Below are positions 11,640 through 23,689 of a stretch of DNA of 64,000 nucleotides, piece after piece. Numbering within the stretch: position 1 is the first letter of the stretch; every line of letters begins with the position of its first letter. Location: contig NC_045697.1 in assembly GCF_009834535.1 (NCBI RefSeq), forward strand, positions 59,770,001 to 59,834,000, in the 5' to 3' direction. The translations under genes and the position numbers were made by a program. Source of the stretch: Camelus ferus (Eukaryota). The notes beneath the pieces are model-generated. The model worked only from the letters and a program-made list of their open reading frames with translations, did no database searches and was not told where the DNA came from.

Positions 11640-12830
11640 TAAGCATTTAATATCTGCTATCTTTAAGTGCACTTCTGGGAGCTAAGGATACCATTTTTAA
11701 TAAAATTAGCAAATCTCTGCTGTCCTGGAGCTTCCAAAAGGCAGCATAGTGGTTGAAAGCTAATAAAAAATACATAAAATACTAGGAATTATATGTGCAA
11801 TGGAAAAGAATAAACAGATTCAGCAGTGAGAAAGTTAGATGACAGGGTGCTATTTAAATTGAGGATGGTTGGTAGACTTTTTTGCTCTGGTGACATTTGA
11901 GTGGCAACCAAAATTAAAAGAGAAAGAGGGTCAAGAAAGTATCTGAGGGAGAAGGAAGCAGGAAGTGCAAATTTCCTAAGGAGCATGTTGGTGTCTTCAA
12001 ATTGCAGCCAACAGGCTAGGGAGGAAGAAAATGTCCTCTACCCTTCTAGGTTCTTCTGGCTGGTCTAAGAATAAATTAAATTGACATGAGACACATTAAC
12101 AGGAGAAAATCAAATAAAAATTTAAAACCATGTATACATGGCAGAGACCCACGAAAACTGAGTAACTCACCAAAATGGTTAAACCCCTCATCTGAAATAT
12201 GGTCTTCAACTAAAGATAAAAGAGGATGTTGGGAGTTAGTGGTCTGGGATTTCAAAGGGGAGGAAGGCAATCTATATGAAGATGGAAAAGCAAATGTTTG
12301 GTGAACAAATGTTTGTAGGGCCATGCAGAGACAATGGGACACAGAGTGGACTCTGGTCTCTGGGCCTACTGGGTGTCCCCACCACATCTAGCCTATCCTC
12401 TTTGTGGACACAGCTCAATTCTAGGAATAGTCCCTCAATCTAATTTTTTTTTTTGAGGCAATTAGGGGGAAGGTCAACATTTCTTCCTAAATTGTGCCTT
12501 GATTGTTTACAGCTTGAAATAATCTGCATGCCAAAGAGACAATTCAGGGTGGCAAATTTTATTCCCCTATACCATATGGCTGCAGCTGAATGAACTAGGA
12601 TGGGAATGGAAGTAGCTGACTTTCAGAAGGAACAGAATATGGAAAAAGGGACAGATCATGTGGACCATCAAACAGACCACGGACTTTAACCTGAGTGAGG
12701 CAAGAAGTCACTGCGAGGTCTCAAGCAGGAAAATGATAGTTTGATTTATATTTTGAAGAGACTGTTCTGGAAGATGGTGAGATTAGTAATGAGCAAGGGG
12801 GGAAGCAGAAAGTTCATTTAGGGTGTAGTC
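11640..12830 (-). mobile_element. L2 fragment interrupted by an LTR (12017-12572)
   Basis: 'aagcatttaatatctgctat...ctggagcttcc...ggtgacatttgag...aacaggc|catatggctgcagc...gacagatcatg...ctgagtgaggcaagaagtcactg' is continuous once the LTR is removed. Confidence 0.7.
12017..12572 (-). mobile_element. ERV1-class solo LTR (MER34/MER39-like, Laurasiatherian)
   Basis: Reverse strand begins TATAGGGGAATAAAATTTGCCACCCTG and ends ...CTTCCTCCCTA; contains 'attgacatgagacacattaacaggagaaaa'; cleanly splits an L2. Confidence 0.7.
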
Positions 12831-12834
12831 CCAG

Positions 12835-13185
12835 GTGTGTTCCTGCCTCGGGGCTCTTTGCCAGCTACCTTTAGCCTGGATGCTGTTTCTACCATTCTTT
12901 GTGGCTGACTCCCCCTCAGTCATCAGGTTTTGGCTCCAATATTATCTTATCAGAAAACCTTTCCCAGACCACCCTTTCTAAACTCTTTCCACTATCACTC
13001 CTTATAACATTATCCTAATGTATTTTCTTCCTTAAAGTATCAGTATTTAAGATTATTTGTATATTGAGTGTTCCTCGTCTCAAGCAAGGCCATTATCAGT
13101 CTTCTTCTTTTTTGTTTTCAGCCATTGGGTTTCTCCTTGCCCAAAAATATGACTGGAATATGGTAGCTATTCACTTAATATTTCA
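12835..13185 (+). mobile_element. L2 fragment with 3' end
   Basis: 'ttcctgcctcggggctctttgc...gcctggatgct...ttttggctccaatatt...cctttcccagaccacc...ctggaatatggtagctattcacttaatattt'. Confidence 0.65.
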
Positions 13186-13259
13186 TGAGGAAAGGATGAG
13201 TATTCCAGGTAAGTAGAATTATTTTAAAACAAGAGTTTAATAAATGCATAATAAATTAG

Positions 13260-13660
13260 TGACAAAGACTCTTTTCTTGGTCAAATTTTAGTCAAGGCCT
13301 CTGTGAGCCCTCTTTTAGACTAGGTTTCAAACTTGGCCCCCAATCCTTACCAGGCCTGCATAGATTGACTTTACAGCAAGAATCCTGCTGTCAGTTTAGA
13401 GAGAATCCTCCACCCACGATATCTGATCTCTCTGGCCTGTCTTCAGCAAGAATCCTGTTAATCTCCTACCCTTGATGTCTCTCCTCAGACATCCTTTTGG
13501 CTATAAATCCTCACTTGTTCTTGTTGTATTTGAAGTTGAACCCGTCTCTCTTCTCTATTGCAATACTATTTCTAAACATTTGGATTGCTTTAATTTTTTT
13601 TTTTTTTTTACTATTACTCAGAACTTAAGTATAAATAAATTTCTGCCTGTTTTAACTTTT
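13260..13660 (+). mobile_element. ERV1 solo LTR (MER31-like)
   Basis: Starts TGACAAAGACTCTTTTCTTGGTCAAATTTTAGTCA; internal repeat CAGCAAGAATCCTG; TATA-like 'ggctataaatcc'; AATAAA near the end. Confidence 0.75.
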
Positions 13661-14730
13661 TTTTTAAAAATTCAATATATATAATGGATTCTGAGGTGTA
13701 GTTATGGCAGCAAATTTATTCAATTATTTCACTGAAAATAAATGAAATGCAGGTTTATTGAAAAAAAGAAAAGAAAAAGACATAAAACTTTGTGCAATTT
13801 ATCATTTTATCAAAATGCTGATAAACTTACAGAATTACCTGGCCCAACTCTTAGTGAAATAAGCTCAGAAAGATAAAGGAGAGCTATAAAGGTTGGTTTT
13901 GCTCTGAGAGTATTTTCTAATTCAGTCTAAATGGCTGCAAATTAAAATTTGGTTAGTAAGGAGACACTCTTCCCACTCCACATTTTCATGAGCATGTAGA
14001 GACTCAATGAGCCAATTAAAAAATATAAAACCTTGACTGTGTTTAACATCAAAAACAAACATAAAAAGAGAGCACAAGATCTTTTCTGTATCAGAGAAGA
14101 AAGAAAGGGAAGAAAGGAAGAAAAAGAAAGAAAAGGAAATTATTAAAATTACTACTACTTACTATGCATAGATTTCTTAGAAAAACTTGTTGGTTTTAAC
14201 CTCTGGGTCTTTCCTTCGGCCTATTACCTCTTCTCTTCATTGCCTTCCCCTCCCCTCCACACCCCCAGAACACTAGAGTAACTAGTTCATTGCTGCTCTG
14301 GAAGAAAAGGGTTCTACAGGCAAATAAGATATGAAAATATTGCCTACTTTCCTTTCTTGGAAATAAACAATGCAAGCATGCACATTAAAGGCTCTGAGAA
14401 ACTCTGTAGTAATAAAACCAATATTTTAAATTTATTTTAACCTTCAACTCTATTTCTTAAAATACATATACATATTATTAGCTCCTCAAAAACTCCATGA
14501 GTTGCATGTACATAAAATATGTATTAATATTATTTATCCTTTATGGTTATTAATATATCAAATCAAAATGATGGATTTCAATTCCCAGGACCTAGAGCAG
14601 TGAATGGCACAAGGTATGTGCTCAAAAAAATTTTGCTGCTTGAACTTTATGAATCAGGTTGTCACATATAAAGTTATGAATTGATGTACAGTATGAGAAT
14701 ATATTATGTCTGCTCTATTAAGTTTTACTT

Positions 14731-15191
14731 TGAGGCAGGAGGTTAGGGGACAGGGCACAACCACTGAAGGAATGACACAGCAATTGAGGGCAGGACAAAC
14801 TGGTTACAACCAAGACAGCAAAAGGTCCCACTTCCAGTAGACCCTGAGCCTCAGGGCACACCCACAGGCTCCCTGACAGTTCCTAGGCTGACCAAAAAGG
14901 TCAAAAAGTGGGCGGGGGCGGATTCCTGGAAATCCCTGCCCCTTCCGCAAAGTAGTTGAAATAATCCTCGTACTTGTTAGCATATGGAATTACTGAGCCT
15001 GTAAAAACTAACAATTCCGCACCTTGTGATCATGCTCTCGCACTCGGACTCTCCTCTCTCTCACACCTTCTGAGACAGCCCGCATTCTGCCTGTGGGGTG
15101 TGTATCTCTCTAAATAAACTTGCTTTCACTTTACTCTGCCTCACTCTTGAATTCTTTCCTGCAGAACACAAGAACCTATTCTCTAGCAACC
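14731..15191 (+). mobile_element. ERV1 solo LTR, MER41-like, with 4-bp TSD ACTT
   Basis: Starts TGAGGCAGGAG; contains 'aataaacttgctttcactttactct...ctcactcttgaattctttcctgc...aagaacc'; ACTT at 14727-14730 and 15192-15195. Confidence 0.82.
14923..14931. promoter_or_regulatory. STAT GAS motif TTCCTGGAA inside the MER41-like LTR
   Basis: Exact TTC-N3-GAA match; GC boxes immediately upstream (14910-14921); degenerate second site TTCCGCAAA at 14943-14951. Confidence 0.6.
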
Positions 15192-15347
15192 ACTTCGCCT
15201 TCGTTTTTCTCACAAAATCTGAATTTTCTCACAGCATCAGAATTTCCACAGGTGTCACTGGCAAAGCTCACTAAGGTCCTCAGGAGACATAAGATGAAAT
15301 GCTAACCTCTTCTTTGGTGCTTAGTCCAGTTTCACTTGCTCACAGGG

Positions 15348-15802
15348 TGTTGCATGCAAAGGTCTTTCACCGGCCCTTCACACCAGAGTTCCTAGCGCCA
15401 AACTGCTGCACTCGACATTTTAGCTCCGGCCGGCTCAGAAGCCTCTGCGCAGAAGCATCACGCGCCACACCTGGGTTCAAGATGGTGGCCGACGGCCGCC
15501 TGCGGAGATCTGTGCCCAGCGCTGTGATTAGAGCCTGAGCAGCACAGGTGCGCCTGCGCAGCCCTGGGGCACGCCATCCCCTCCCACCGCTGACAGACCC
15601 CTGTGAAGCAACCACCCACGCCTCTCGCCTTTCGGGAGAGCCGGAGAGCCTGGGTTCTAGAGTGAGAGCTCGCCGCTCTCTGTTCTCTAATCAAAGTATA
15701 AAACTTTCCTTTGCTTCTGAGCCGAACTCGGTCTTGTTCTGTTGGCTGGAAGGACACCGGGCAGGAGGACCCTCGGGGCCGGACTTAAAAGGGTAGGTAA
15801 CA
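15348..15802 (+). mobile_element. CpG-rich solo LTR (ERV, family unassigned)
   Basis: TG...CA termini (TGTTGCATG...GGTAACA); U5-like 'aaaactttcctttgcttctgagccgaactcggtc'; about 28 CpGs in 455 bp against a CpG-depleted background; no clean TSD. Confidence 0.6.
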
Positions 15803-18800
15803 CATGTTCTGTCACAGGACTTATTCATGACAGGACTTCACCCGTACAGAGCCAGGTTTCCAGGCTGTCTTAGGATAACATTGCAAACATTGTCCTTGTG
15901 AAACAAGCAATGTAGAAGGCTGAGTTGTTTTCCAAATTTCTTGAAGTGTTTAAAAAAGGTTATTTTTGTCCAAACTCTTATTAGGTATATGTAACAGACT
16001 AAATAATAGTGATGAGAAGAATACTAAAGGAAAGAGAGTGTTCTTTGGAAAAATCTCAGAAAATTATATGGATGATAGCTGGGAAATGCCCATATTAACC
16101 TAAATTTTTGGAACACGTTTATTAATAAAACAAGAGAAAAAATTTAGAAAGAACAAAAGGAAGCAAAACAAAGGACAGGAAGGAGAAGGAAAAATGATTA
16201 TATTAGTAATTCTGTGAAGTGTTTTTAATATATTAAGTATTTGTCATTTTGTCAAGAGCTGTATATGTGGCTTACGTTATCTTCATGATTCAACAAAAAG
16301 CGTTAAAACTTGGAAGGCTTAAAAAAGGTTTTCAAGGTCCCAGACTAGTATGTAGCACTTGTGAGGATCTTTGCATAGTTCCTTTTGATTCCAATGTAAG
16401 TATTAACTCATAACTTTCTCTATGTGCATGTGCCTCATTCTGTAATAGCACTGTGCTGTGATTGTACTGATGGGATTTCTGGGGCCAGACCTTTGGGCTC
16501 ACTGGAGCCAAGACAGGTTAACTCTGCAACTTGTGTGTGCTCATTTTTATGCTTCCTATTATAAATGGCATTATGATGCTTATAAAAATGTTTAAATGTA
16601 CGATTTTTGTCAATACTGACACCTGCAGGGCAATTTTCCATTTCAGACAAGTATTGGATTTTGCTTTCTGTCCTGTTTTTACTATCATTATTGTTATCAT
16701 TATCATCTTAGTCATTATTTTAATTTCAGACCCACATGTACACCAGTAAATACAATACTTCTTCTTGATGATTTTGGCTTTATGGAGAGAAATTGAAAAT
16801 ATAAAAATAGTTTTTTATCCGAGAAGTGTCAGTCTTAACTTGATATGAACTCACTTTGTCCTTGACTTACCTCTTTCTTTGTGACTATGTTGGTTGAAAT
16901 AATATACCTGCCATTATACTAAATAGTGAAGTACACGCTCCACATTTCTCAAACGACTGAAGAAAAGTTTTCATGTACTCAGATAGATCCAAGACATTTT
17001 GCTTTATTGAATTTATCCAGGTCACTTAAAAGAATCTGTAGAATCTAATTGAGTATTTTTCTAATAAGCAGTGTTGTTAAAGAGATATCTAAATGCTATG
17101 TAATTTTTAATGAATCAAAAGTTTGCTTTTATTAAATTTGGTTTAATGGTCTAGATTATTTTCTCTCTCATTTGTCTTTTACTGAACAATGCTTCTTTGA
17201 GTATCTGCACTTTTCAAAGTGTGTGATCAGTTTGTTTTTAACAGTAATATACAGCTGCAGGAGACCTCTGTCTACCTCAACAGAATTTCCATTGCAATTT
17301 GCTCTTGAGTTGAACATTAATAACAACTAAAGAAAACACTGTCTTTGTGGGGGAATAATAAAAATTTGATTGATGTATTTAAGAATGTGATTTCAGTCCT
17401 TACTGCCCCAAGTTATTAACAAAACATAATTTCTACCTATAGCAAATTGCCCTTCTCTAATGATCTTACTTTGAAATGAAGTTTTAAATAATTTCATTGT
17501 GTAACCATTCTCTATTCTTCGTCATTTTTTCCCTTTCAAAAATGAAGTCTGTTCTTTGAAATGATATTTTGTGGGCTATGGACAGAAAATCCAGGCACCT
17601 TTTCATATATTGATATTCATCCATTAGTGCTGAATACTTCATGCATATGAATGAATAAACTGGATGGCTCTTTTGGCACACTAAAAATACAGTTAGAATT
17701 TTCAAAATGTTATGTTAATTGTTTTTGTTCATGTTGTGTGTGTCAGGCACTGGAGTTTAAGGGTAAACTTGTCAATGATTTGAATCCTAGAATGAGAAAT
17801 AGAATCTTCATTATTTCCTGGGAGTTATTTTGTAATTAGTGTACCAAAATCTCCATGGTGCCACTTTAAAATATCTGAGATCTAATTTTTCACTACTTTA
17901 CACTAATCAATATATTATTTTATCCTTCAACAGTGTCAATAGAAATTTCTTTGTGCAAAGCCATTTATAGAACATTTATGAAACTATGTGAGGCACAACA
18001 TAAAGAAGCATTTCTACAAAATGTTACCTCTCCCATCCCAACCAAAGCTGCTTCACATACACACATATGCATATGCACACACATTTTTAAACAAACATTT
18101 TGTAATATATTAAATACTATATCCATCCGTAAAGATAGAAAGACACAAGATAAATTGAAAATTTACTGAATCCCAACATTTTCACATAGCTTAACCATCA
18201 TGTCTTTTCATATTAACATAAATTCCTTGTAAAATGTTGTCCTGTGTGTTAGAGAACTACTGATGGTTTTGGAATTTATGAGACTGAAAAAAATTTATGA
18301 GACTGATATCTGTGTATATTATAGAATCTAAATATTGCCTTTATGTTATAGGTGATCAGTATGTATTTGCTGAATGAATAAATGAGTGAAAGGAGGAGCC
18401 AGATCTCAGATTTGCTTCAAGAAAATTAATCTTGTAATAATGTGTACAATGAAGTGGAATGGGGGATATTAGAAACAGTGTAGTTGGACAGGAAGCTATT
18501 ACATACTTAAGACAGGTGCTATGAGATCACTACAATAAGTGCTTTGCTTATTCTTAATGCAATGCCTACTCTGTTTATATGCATATTTCATAATTCCATT
18601 AATAACAATGCAGATTCAATTTATTTCCTGAATTTCAGTCTTTGTACTCATAGTTTAATAAAAACTACTTAGTATGTTGTTCTGATACTTCAAGTATAGT
18701 TTGTTGGAGACATTGAGTTCATATATCATTTCAGTTATTTTAAACTCCTCCATTAATACCACCAATGAGCCATACCTAATGCCACAGACAAAACAAGATC

Positions 18801-19134
18801 ATCAAAGAGCATTTACTCAATCACTGTCAAAACCATTTTTACTGAAACTCTTTTTTGCTTCAGTAGACAGGTGAGACAACCCTAAGTAAATACTAAGTGA
18901 CAAGTTAATGTGGAAAAATTGGAGGCAAAGTAGAGTGAAAGAATTGCCAAAGTACAAGATTAAGTCAAACTACTCCTTTCTATGTTGCTTCATTTCCCTG
19001 CTTTAGATATCCTTTCTCATCAGTGTTTTGAAATCACATTCTTACTTTACAATTCAGCTCAAATCCTACCTCCTTAATATTTCTTTCCAAATATCTTTCA
19101 CTGCAATACACTTTCCTCTCAAATTTGATTAACT

Positions 19135-19330
19135 TACTTTAAAAGTGTTTACTGAGCACCTACTTTAAGTCAGTTACTATTTACAGGCTTGAGATACAGT
19201 AGTGAACAAAATAAACCAGGAATTTGATATCATGGAACTTACATTCTAGCATGAAAGGCAGACTATAAGCAATAAGGAGATAAAGTTTGGCGAGTAGTGC
19301 TAATAGCTATGGAGGAAAAAAAAACACAGA
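19135..19330 (-). mobile_element. L2 3' end
   Basis: 'tgtttactgagcacctact...gagatacagtagtgaacaaaa...catggaacttacattctag'. Confidence 0.75.
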
Positions 19331-19414
19331 GTAATTGGGTAAACTTTATTATAGAAGTCATGACTGTTTGTGTGATAATCATGTGTATGTATGTCAGCAG
19401 CATCATGGGTGAAT

Positions 19415-19760
19415 TGTAATACAAAGTCTGACTCAATCTTTCGGCGTTTGACTGCTGGCAGCTTTAAGCCTCACACCCCTTCCTCCCCTCTGCTCCACGT
19501 GTGGGCAAACTGATAAGAAAATGCAGGTGATTTTTCATTTAGCATCAGTGGGAGTTTCTAATCATATAAGCCCTTGCCAGCATGCAGGAATCCCATCCCT
19601 TAACCACCGTAAAAACCCCAAGTCCATCTCCTTTCCCTGCTCTCTCAAGTCGGTTTTGGACAAGCTTGGAAGGACTAATCTGCTCTCCTCAGAGAGCCTC
19701 ATTACCCTTTGTGTGTGACATCATCAGTCTTGGCATCCAGAACAAAATTCCAGTGGGTTT
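19415..19760 (+). mobile_element. ERV1 LTR (MER89/MER90-like)
   Basis: 'tgtaatacaaagtctgactc...gtttgactgctggcagcttt...gggcaaactgataagaaa...aaaaccccaag...catcatcagtcttggcatcc'. Confidence 0.6.
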
Positions 19761-19989
19761 CTCTACGGATTGTGCAGAATGCAAGCACCACTTGCAGATA
19801 TAAATGGGGTGAAATATGAACAAAGCTCCAGAAGTATGACATGTCTGGGTGTTTGGGTGAACTAACAGTTCAGTCTTACTGGAGTAAACATGATGAAGTA
19901 TAAAGTGGTAGAAGATGAGACTAGAGAGGAAGGCATGGAATACATGACAGAGGAATGACATTTACTTCTTGGTGAACATCTTGGCCCAT

Positions 19990-20105
19990 ATAGCAGGGTT
20001 GATAAAGGCACAAGGTTTGGAGTCAGAAAAACCTAGAACATAAGCCTACATTAGTGACATTGGGAGAGCCAGCTAACCTCACCCAGTCTCAGTTTATTCC
20101 TAACA
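19990..20105 (+). mobile_element. MIR SINE fragment
   Basis: 'tttggagtcagaaaaacct...gtgacattgggagag...aacctc...agtctcagttt', the MIR core. Confidence 0.6.
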
Positions 20106-20519
20106 AGTTACGTTGCATCCAAGCTTGTACTTGTGGCATTTTTCCTTGACAGTACTGTCAGAGTGGTTTTAAAAATGCATATATTTGATACAGGTCCATT
20201 GTTTATACTAGTCAGATAGCTGATAGCTTTCAGGGCAATATTCAAGCACTATCTAGGTCCTACTTGAATATCCATTCTTATTTCTTGTCATTTCCTGATA
20301 CCTAATCTACTGACTTGAGTCATAATAAAACATCTTAGCATGTGCCATGTTTTCTCACACAATCAGTGCCAATGCACCAGCTGGTCTTTTATCTAGAATC
20401 TCCTTTCTAGCTTGCCTTAACACCCAACAGTCCTTATTTGCCCTTCAAGTCATAGCTACAGTAACCCTTATTTTCTCGGAATTCTTCCTTGACTACTACA
20501 CTCAGCCTGAGCGGTTCCT

Positions 20520-21060
20520 CCTTTCTGGTGTACAGCACAGTGATTCAGTTAAACACATATGCATATATGTTATGTTTCATATTATTTTCCATTATGTTTT
20601 ATTACAGGATATTGAGCATAGTTCCCTGGGCTATACAGTAGGACAATTTTGTTTATTTTATATGTAGTAGTTTGCATCTTCATATCCAAAACTCCTAATT
20701 TATCCCCTTCTTATCTCCCTTCCCCTTTGGTAACCATAAGTTTGTTTTCTATGTCTGTGAGTCTGTTTCTGTTTTGTACATAGATTAATTTGTGTCATAT
20801 TTTAGATTCCACATATACGTGATAACATATTTGCTTTTTTCTGTCTGACTTATTTCACTTAGTATGATAATCTCTAGGTTCATCCATTTTGCTGCAAATG
20901 GCAAAATGGCATTATTTCATTCTTTTTTATGGCTAAATAGTGTTCCACTATATATATATGTGTGTGCATATATATATATACGCACACACATACTTCTTTA
21001 TCTAGTCATCTGTCAGTGGACATTTAGGTTGCTTCCATGTCTTGTCTATTGTAAATAGTG
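20520..21060 (-). mobile_element. L1 3' end (cetartiodactyl-type)
   Basis: 'tttctggtgtacagcacagtgattcagtt...ttccctgggctatacagtagg...ggtaaccataagtttgttttctatgtctgtgagtctgtttct...tttcacttagtatgataatctctaggttcatcc'; similar to 51310-51850. Confidence 0.88.
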
Positions 21061-21432
21061 GTAAACTGATTCTTGATGACTCTTATTTACATAGGACACA
21101 GGTTTTAAGTTAAGGGCTCTGGGTTACCTATAGCCACTGTCAATCCTTGAGCTTCAGTTGATGTGAGCCCACATGTCAGCTGTCACTTATGGGTACTCTG
21201 AGCATAATGCCACCCTCATCTATAGGATTTGAGGTCACTGGTGGTAGTGATAAGTATTGTTTACTCTGTGACTCCCTTGACATCAATACCTGGAGTAATC
21301 ACACCACCTCCTCTGCAGGTTTCTTGCTGTGTGTCAGGCACTCCTTCAGGATTGGCTGCCCCTGTCTCTTTTGTGCCCTTTAAAGCTATTTCAACCCAAT
21401 AGGCCTTTGCAGTTAATCTCTTCTCTTGCCCC

Positions 21433-21898
21433 TGTTGATGAAACAATTAATCAATAGTCAGTCTAAGAAAGAAATGGCATTTTTTTTCGTGACAACCTGA
21501 GGGTTATAACTCGGGAGACAGTTTTTCAGACAGCTCTGAGGACTGTTCTGAAGAGGTAAGGAGGCGAGGCCAGCATATATGTGATTTTGGTTAAGGGGTA
21601 CATGCAGACAAGCACACATCTTGGTAAAAGTTTCTACTATTTGCAAGGAACAGATATAACTTAAAGTATTTGGTGCTTTTCTAAGTATGAGAAGATGCAA
21701 GAAACTGGGTTCATTAAGTTTTCTCCTGAAATATCTAACTACCCTAGGGCCAGTTCTGCCAGTTTTCCCAGAGCACAAAATGAATCATTCTGATTTTTAC
21801 CCTGAAATTCCTTTCAAGATATACTGTAAGTCAGTGACTACAGTGGATAATGACTTGATTCTTAGAACTAGATGGTGGGCAACATTCTTTATTTTACA
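21433..21898 (-). mobile_element. ERV1 3' LTR
   Basis: TG...CA termini (TGTTGATG...TTTTACA); contains 'ttataactcgggagacag...ctctgaggactgttctgaagagg...gcttttctaagtatgagaagatgcaagaaactgggttcat'; polypurine tract adjacent. Confidence 0.78.
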
Positions 21899-22345
21899 GT
21901 TCCCTCCCTTTTAGTCTTAATCTCAACCAAATTTTGGGAGACATTTTGTAACCAATTTGTCCCACGATGCTAGGAATGGTCATTCTTAGGTCAGGTGAGG
22001 ATTTTGTCGATAGGGCACTCAATGTGCTATTGCTGGACTAGGTCCCATTAACAACAGCCAAAAGCCTCTGGACCATCTGTCTTTCTAGACTGTCATGGTG
22101 TAGAAAATGATTCCCTCTTATTTCTTCCCATATCTAGAGTTACACTATTACAATAATTACCCTTACAGAACTGTTTATTTAATCATTTCAAGTCACCTAG
22201 TCATCACTACTTATCAGAGGCTCCGTCACACATTTGGTAATGCAAGGAACAGTATTCTTATAAAAGAGGCAGAGTTCAATATACCTAGTAACATTAACAT
22301 GGTTATAGGTAAGTATTCTTCTAAGGAGTTACCTGGCTGGTGTTA
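21899..22345 (-). mobile_element. ERV internal remnant (PPT plus upstream 3' internal sequence)
   Basis: 21899-21912 reads AAAAGGGAGGGAAC on the minus strand directly before the LTR's TG, the expected PPT position; the extent of internal sequence is approximate. Confidence 0.55.
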
Positions 22346-22687
22346 AAAGAAGAAAAATTGATCATCTTTATAATTGAGCAGATATTTCTGCCATAGGGGA
22401 ATTCTAGTTAATGCATAGTGCAGATGCACAGTGCACACTGGGGTTGGGCAATGGGCAGAGGAAAATTTTGGTTTACATTTTTCTTGTCTTATTTTTAAAT
22501 ATGAATTTTATTTCATTACCTTTGATCAATGTGGTGATGCTATGCTCTTTTTGTTCACTCTTAAATTAGGCTGAACTAGGGATGGATGTTATTTGCATGA
22601 ATGGGACAACTCTTCTTGATCCATACATGACCCACCTTGCCTATCCACCCTGGTGGTAGTTGTGTGTAGAGGGCAGGGGAATGGACA

Positions 22688-22795
22688 AATATAAGCTCTA
22701 GAAAAACAGAGTCTTTTTCTGTTTCATTCAGTCCTGCTTCTTCAGTACCTAGCACAATGTCAGGCACATAGTAATAGTTTAATAAATACTGGGTA
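22688..22795 (+). mobile_element. L2 3' end
   Basis: 'ataagctc...tctgtttcattca...cagtacctagcacaatgtcaggcacatagtaatagtttaataaatact'. Confidence 0.72.
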
Positions 22796-23689
22796 ACAAA
22801 CAACTTAATGAGTCTTACTTGAATCATCTTCACATTACATTAAACCCACTTCATAAAATATTTTCCCTCTTGTTGTCTTCTCTTACATTTATTCTTTGTG
22901 GGTTTTGTACCATTTAAATATTAGTTGGCACCTGGTTCCATTCTTCATTTCTTAGACTAGCCACACTCCTTGAACAGGCTCATCTACTTGCTTGTCTACA
23001 GTTACTTACCGTCTATAACACAACCCTGAAATGTGTTTTTCCAACTCAAATTTTCTTCTAATCTGCAGACAGAAGATACGAGATATCTTTACCCAGATAT
23101 CACACAATATGTCATCCCAATGCATATAAAACTCATATTCCTACCCATAACGTTTTACTTTTCCTGTGTTCCCTTTCTCAAATACCTGGTCAACAAAACC
23201 TTTTGCCTATAGATAAGGAAGAGACAATGCAGCATATCTCACTAATAGACTGAAAGTAAGATTAAGGAATATGTCATGGAAAAACTCTAATATAATAAAA
23301 ATACTATAAACGAAGGAGTAGACCTGACAGGTAGAGCCATTCTCTCTTGTATCCTAGCTAGAATTTTGAGCTGAGAACATGAAAAAGAAACAAGAGGTAA
23401 GATTTAAGGTGAAGGGCCCAATGGAAGGAAGATCAATAATTCAGAGTTACCTAGCATACATTTCATTATGTGATACAATTTACTCTTTTCTCCTTTCATC
23501 TGAGAATTATACTTTCACAATCCAGGAACAATTTAAAATATTCAATTAAATTTGATTTGATTCAATTAAACAAATAATTATCTTCCTATTGTCTATCAGG
23601 TACTTTCCCATTGCATGTGAATAATCAATATACAGAATAATCAGTAGTTAAGACAGATAGACTTTATACTTATTGAAACAGCTAATATT

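Noticed and set aside
15299..15796. Four overlapping 79-99-aa ORFs
   Set aside because: A by-product of high GC (few stop codons) within an LTR.
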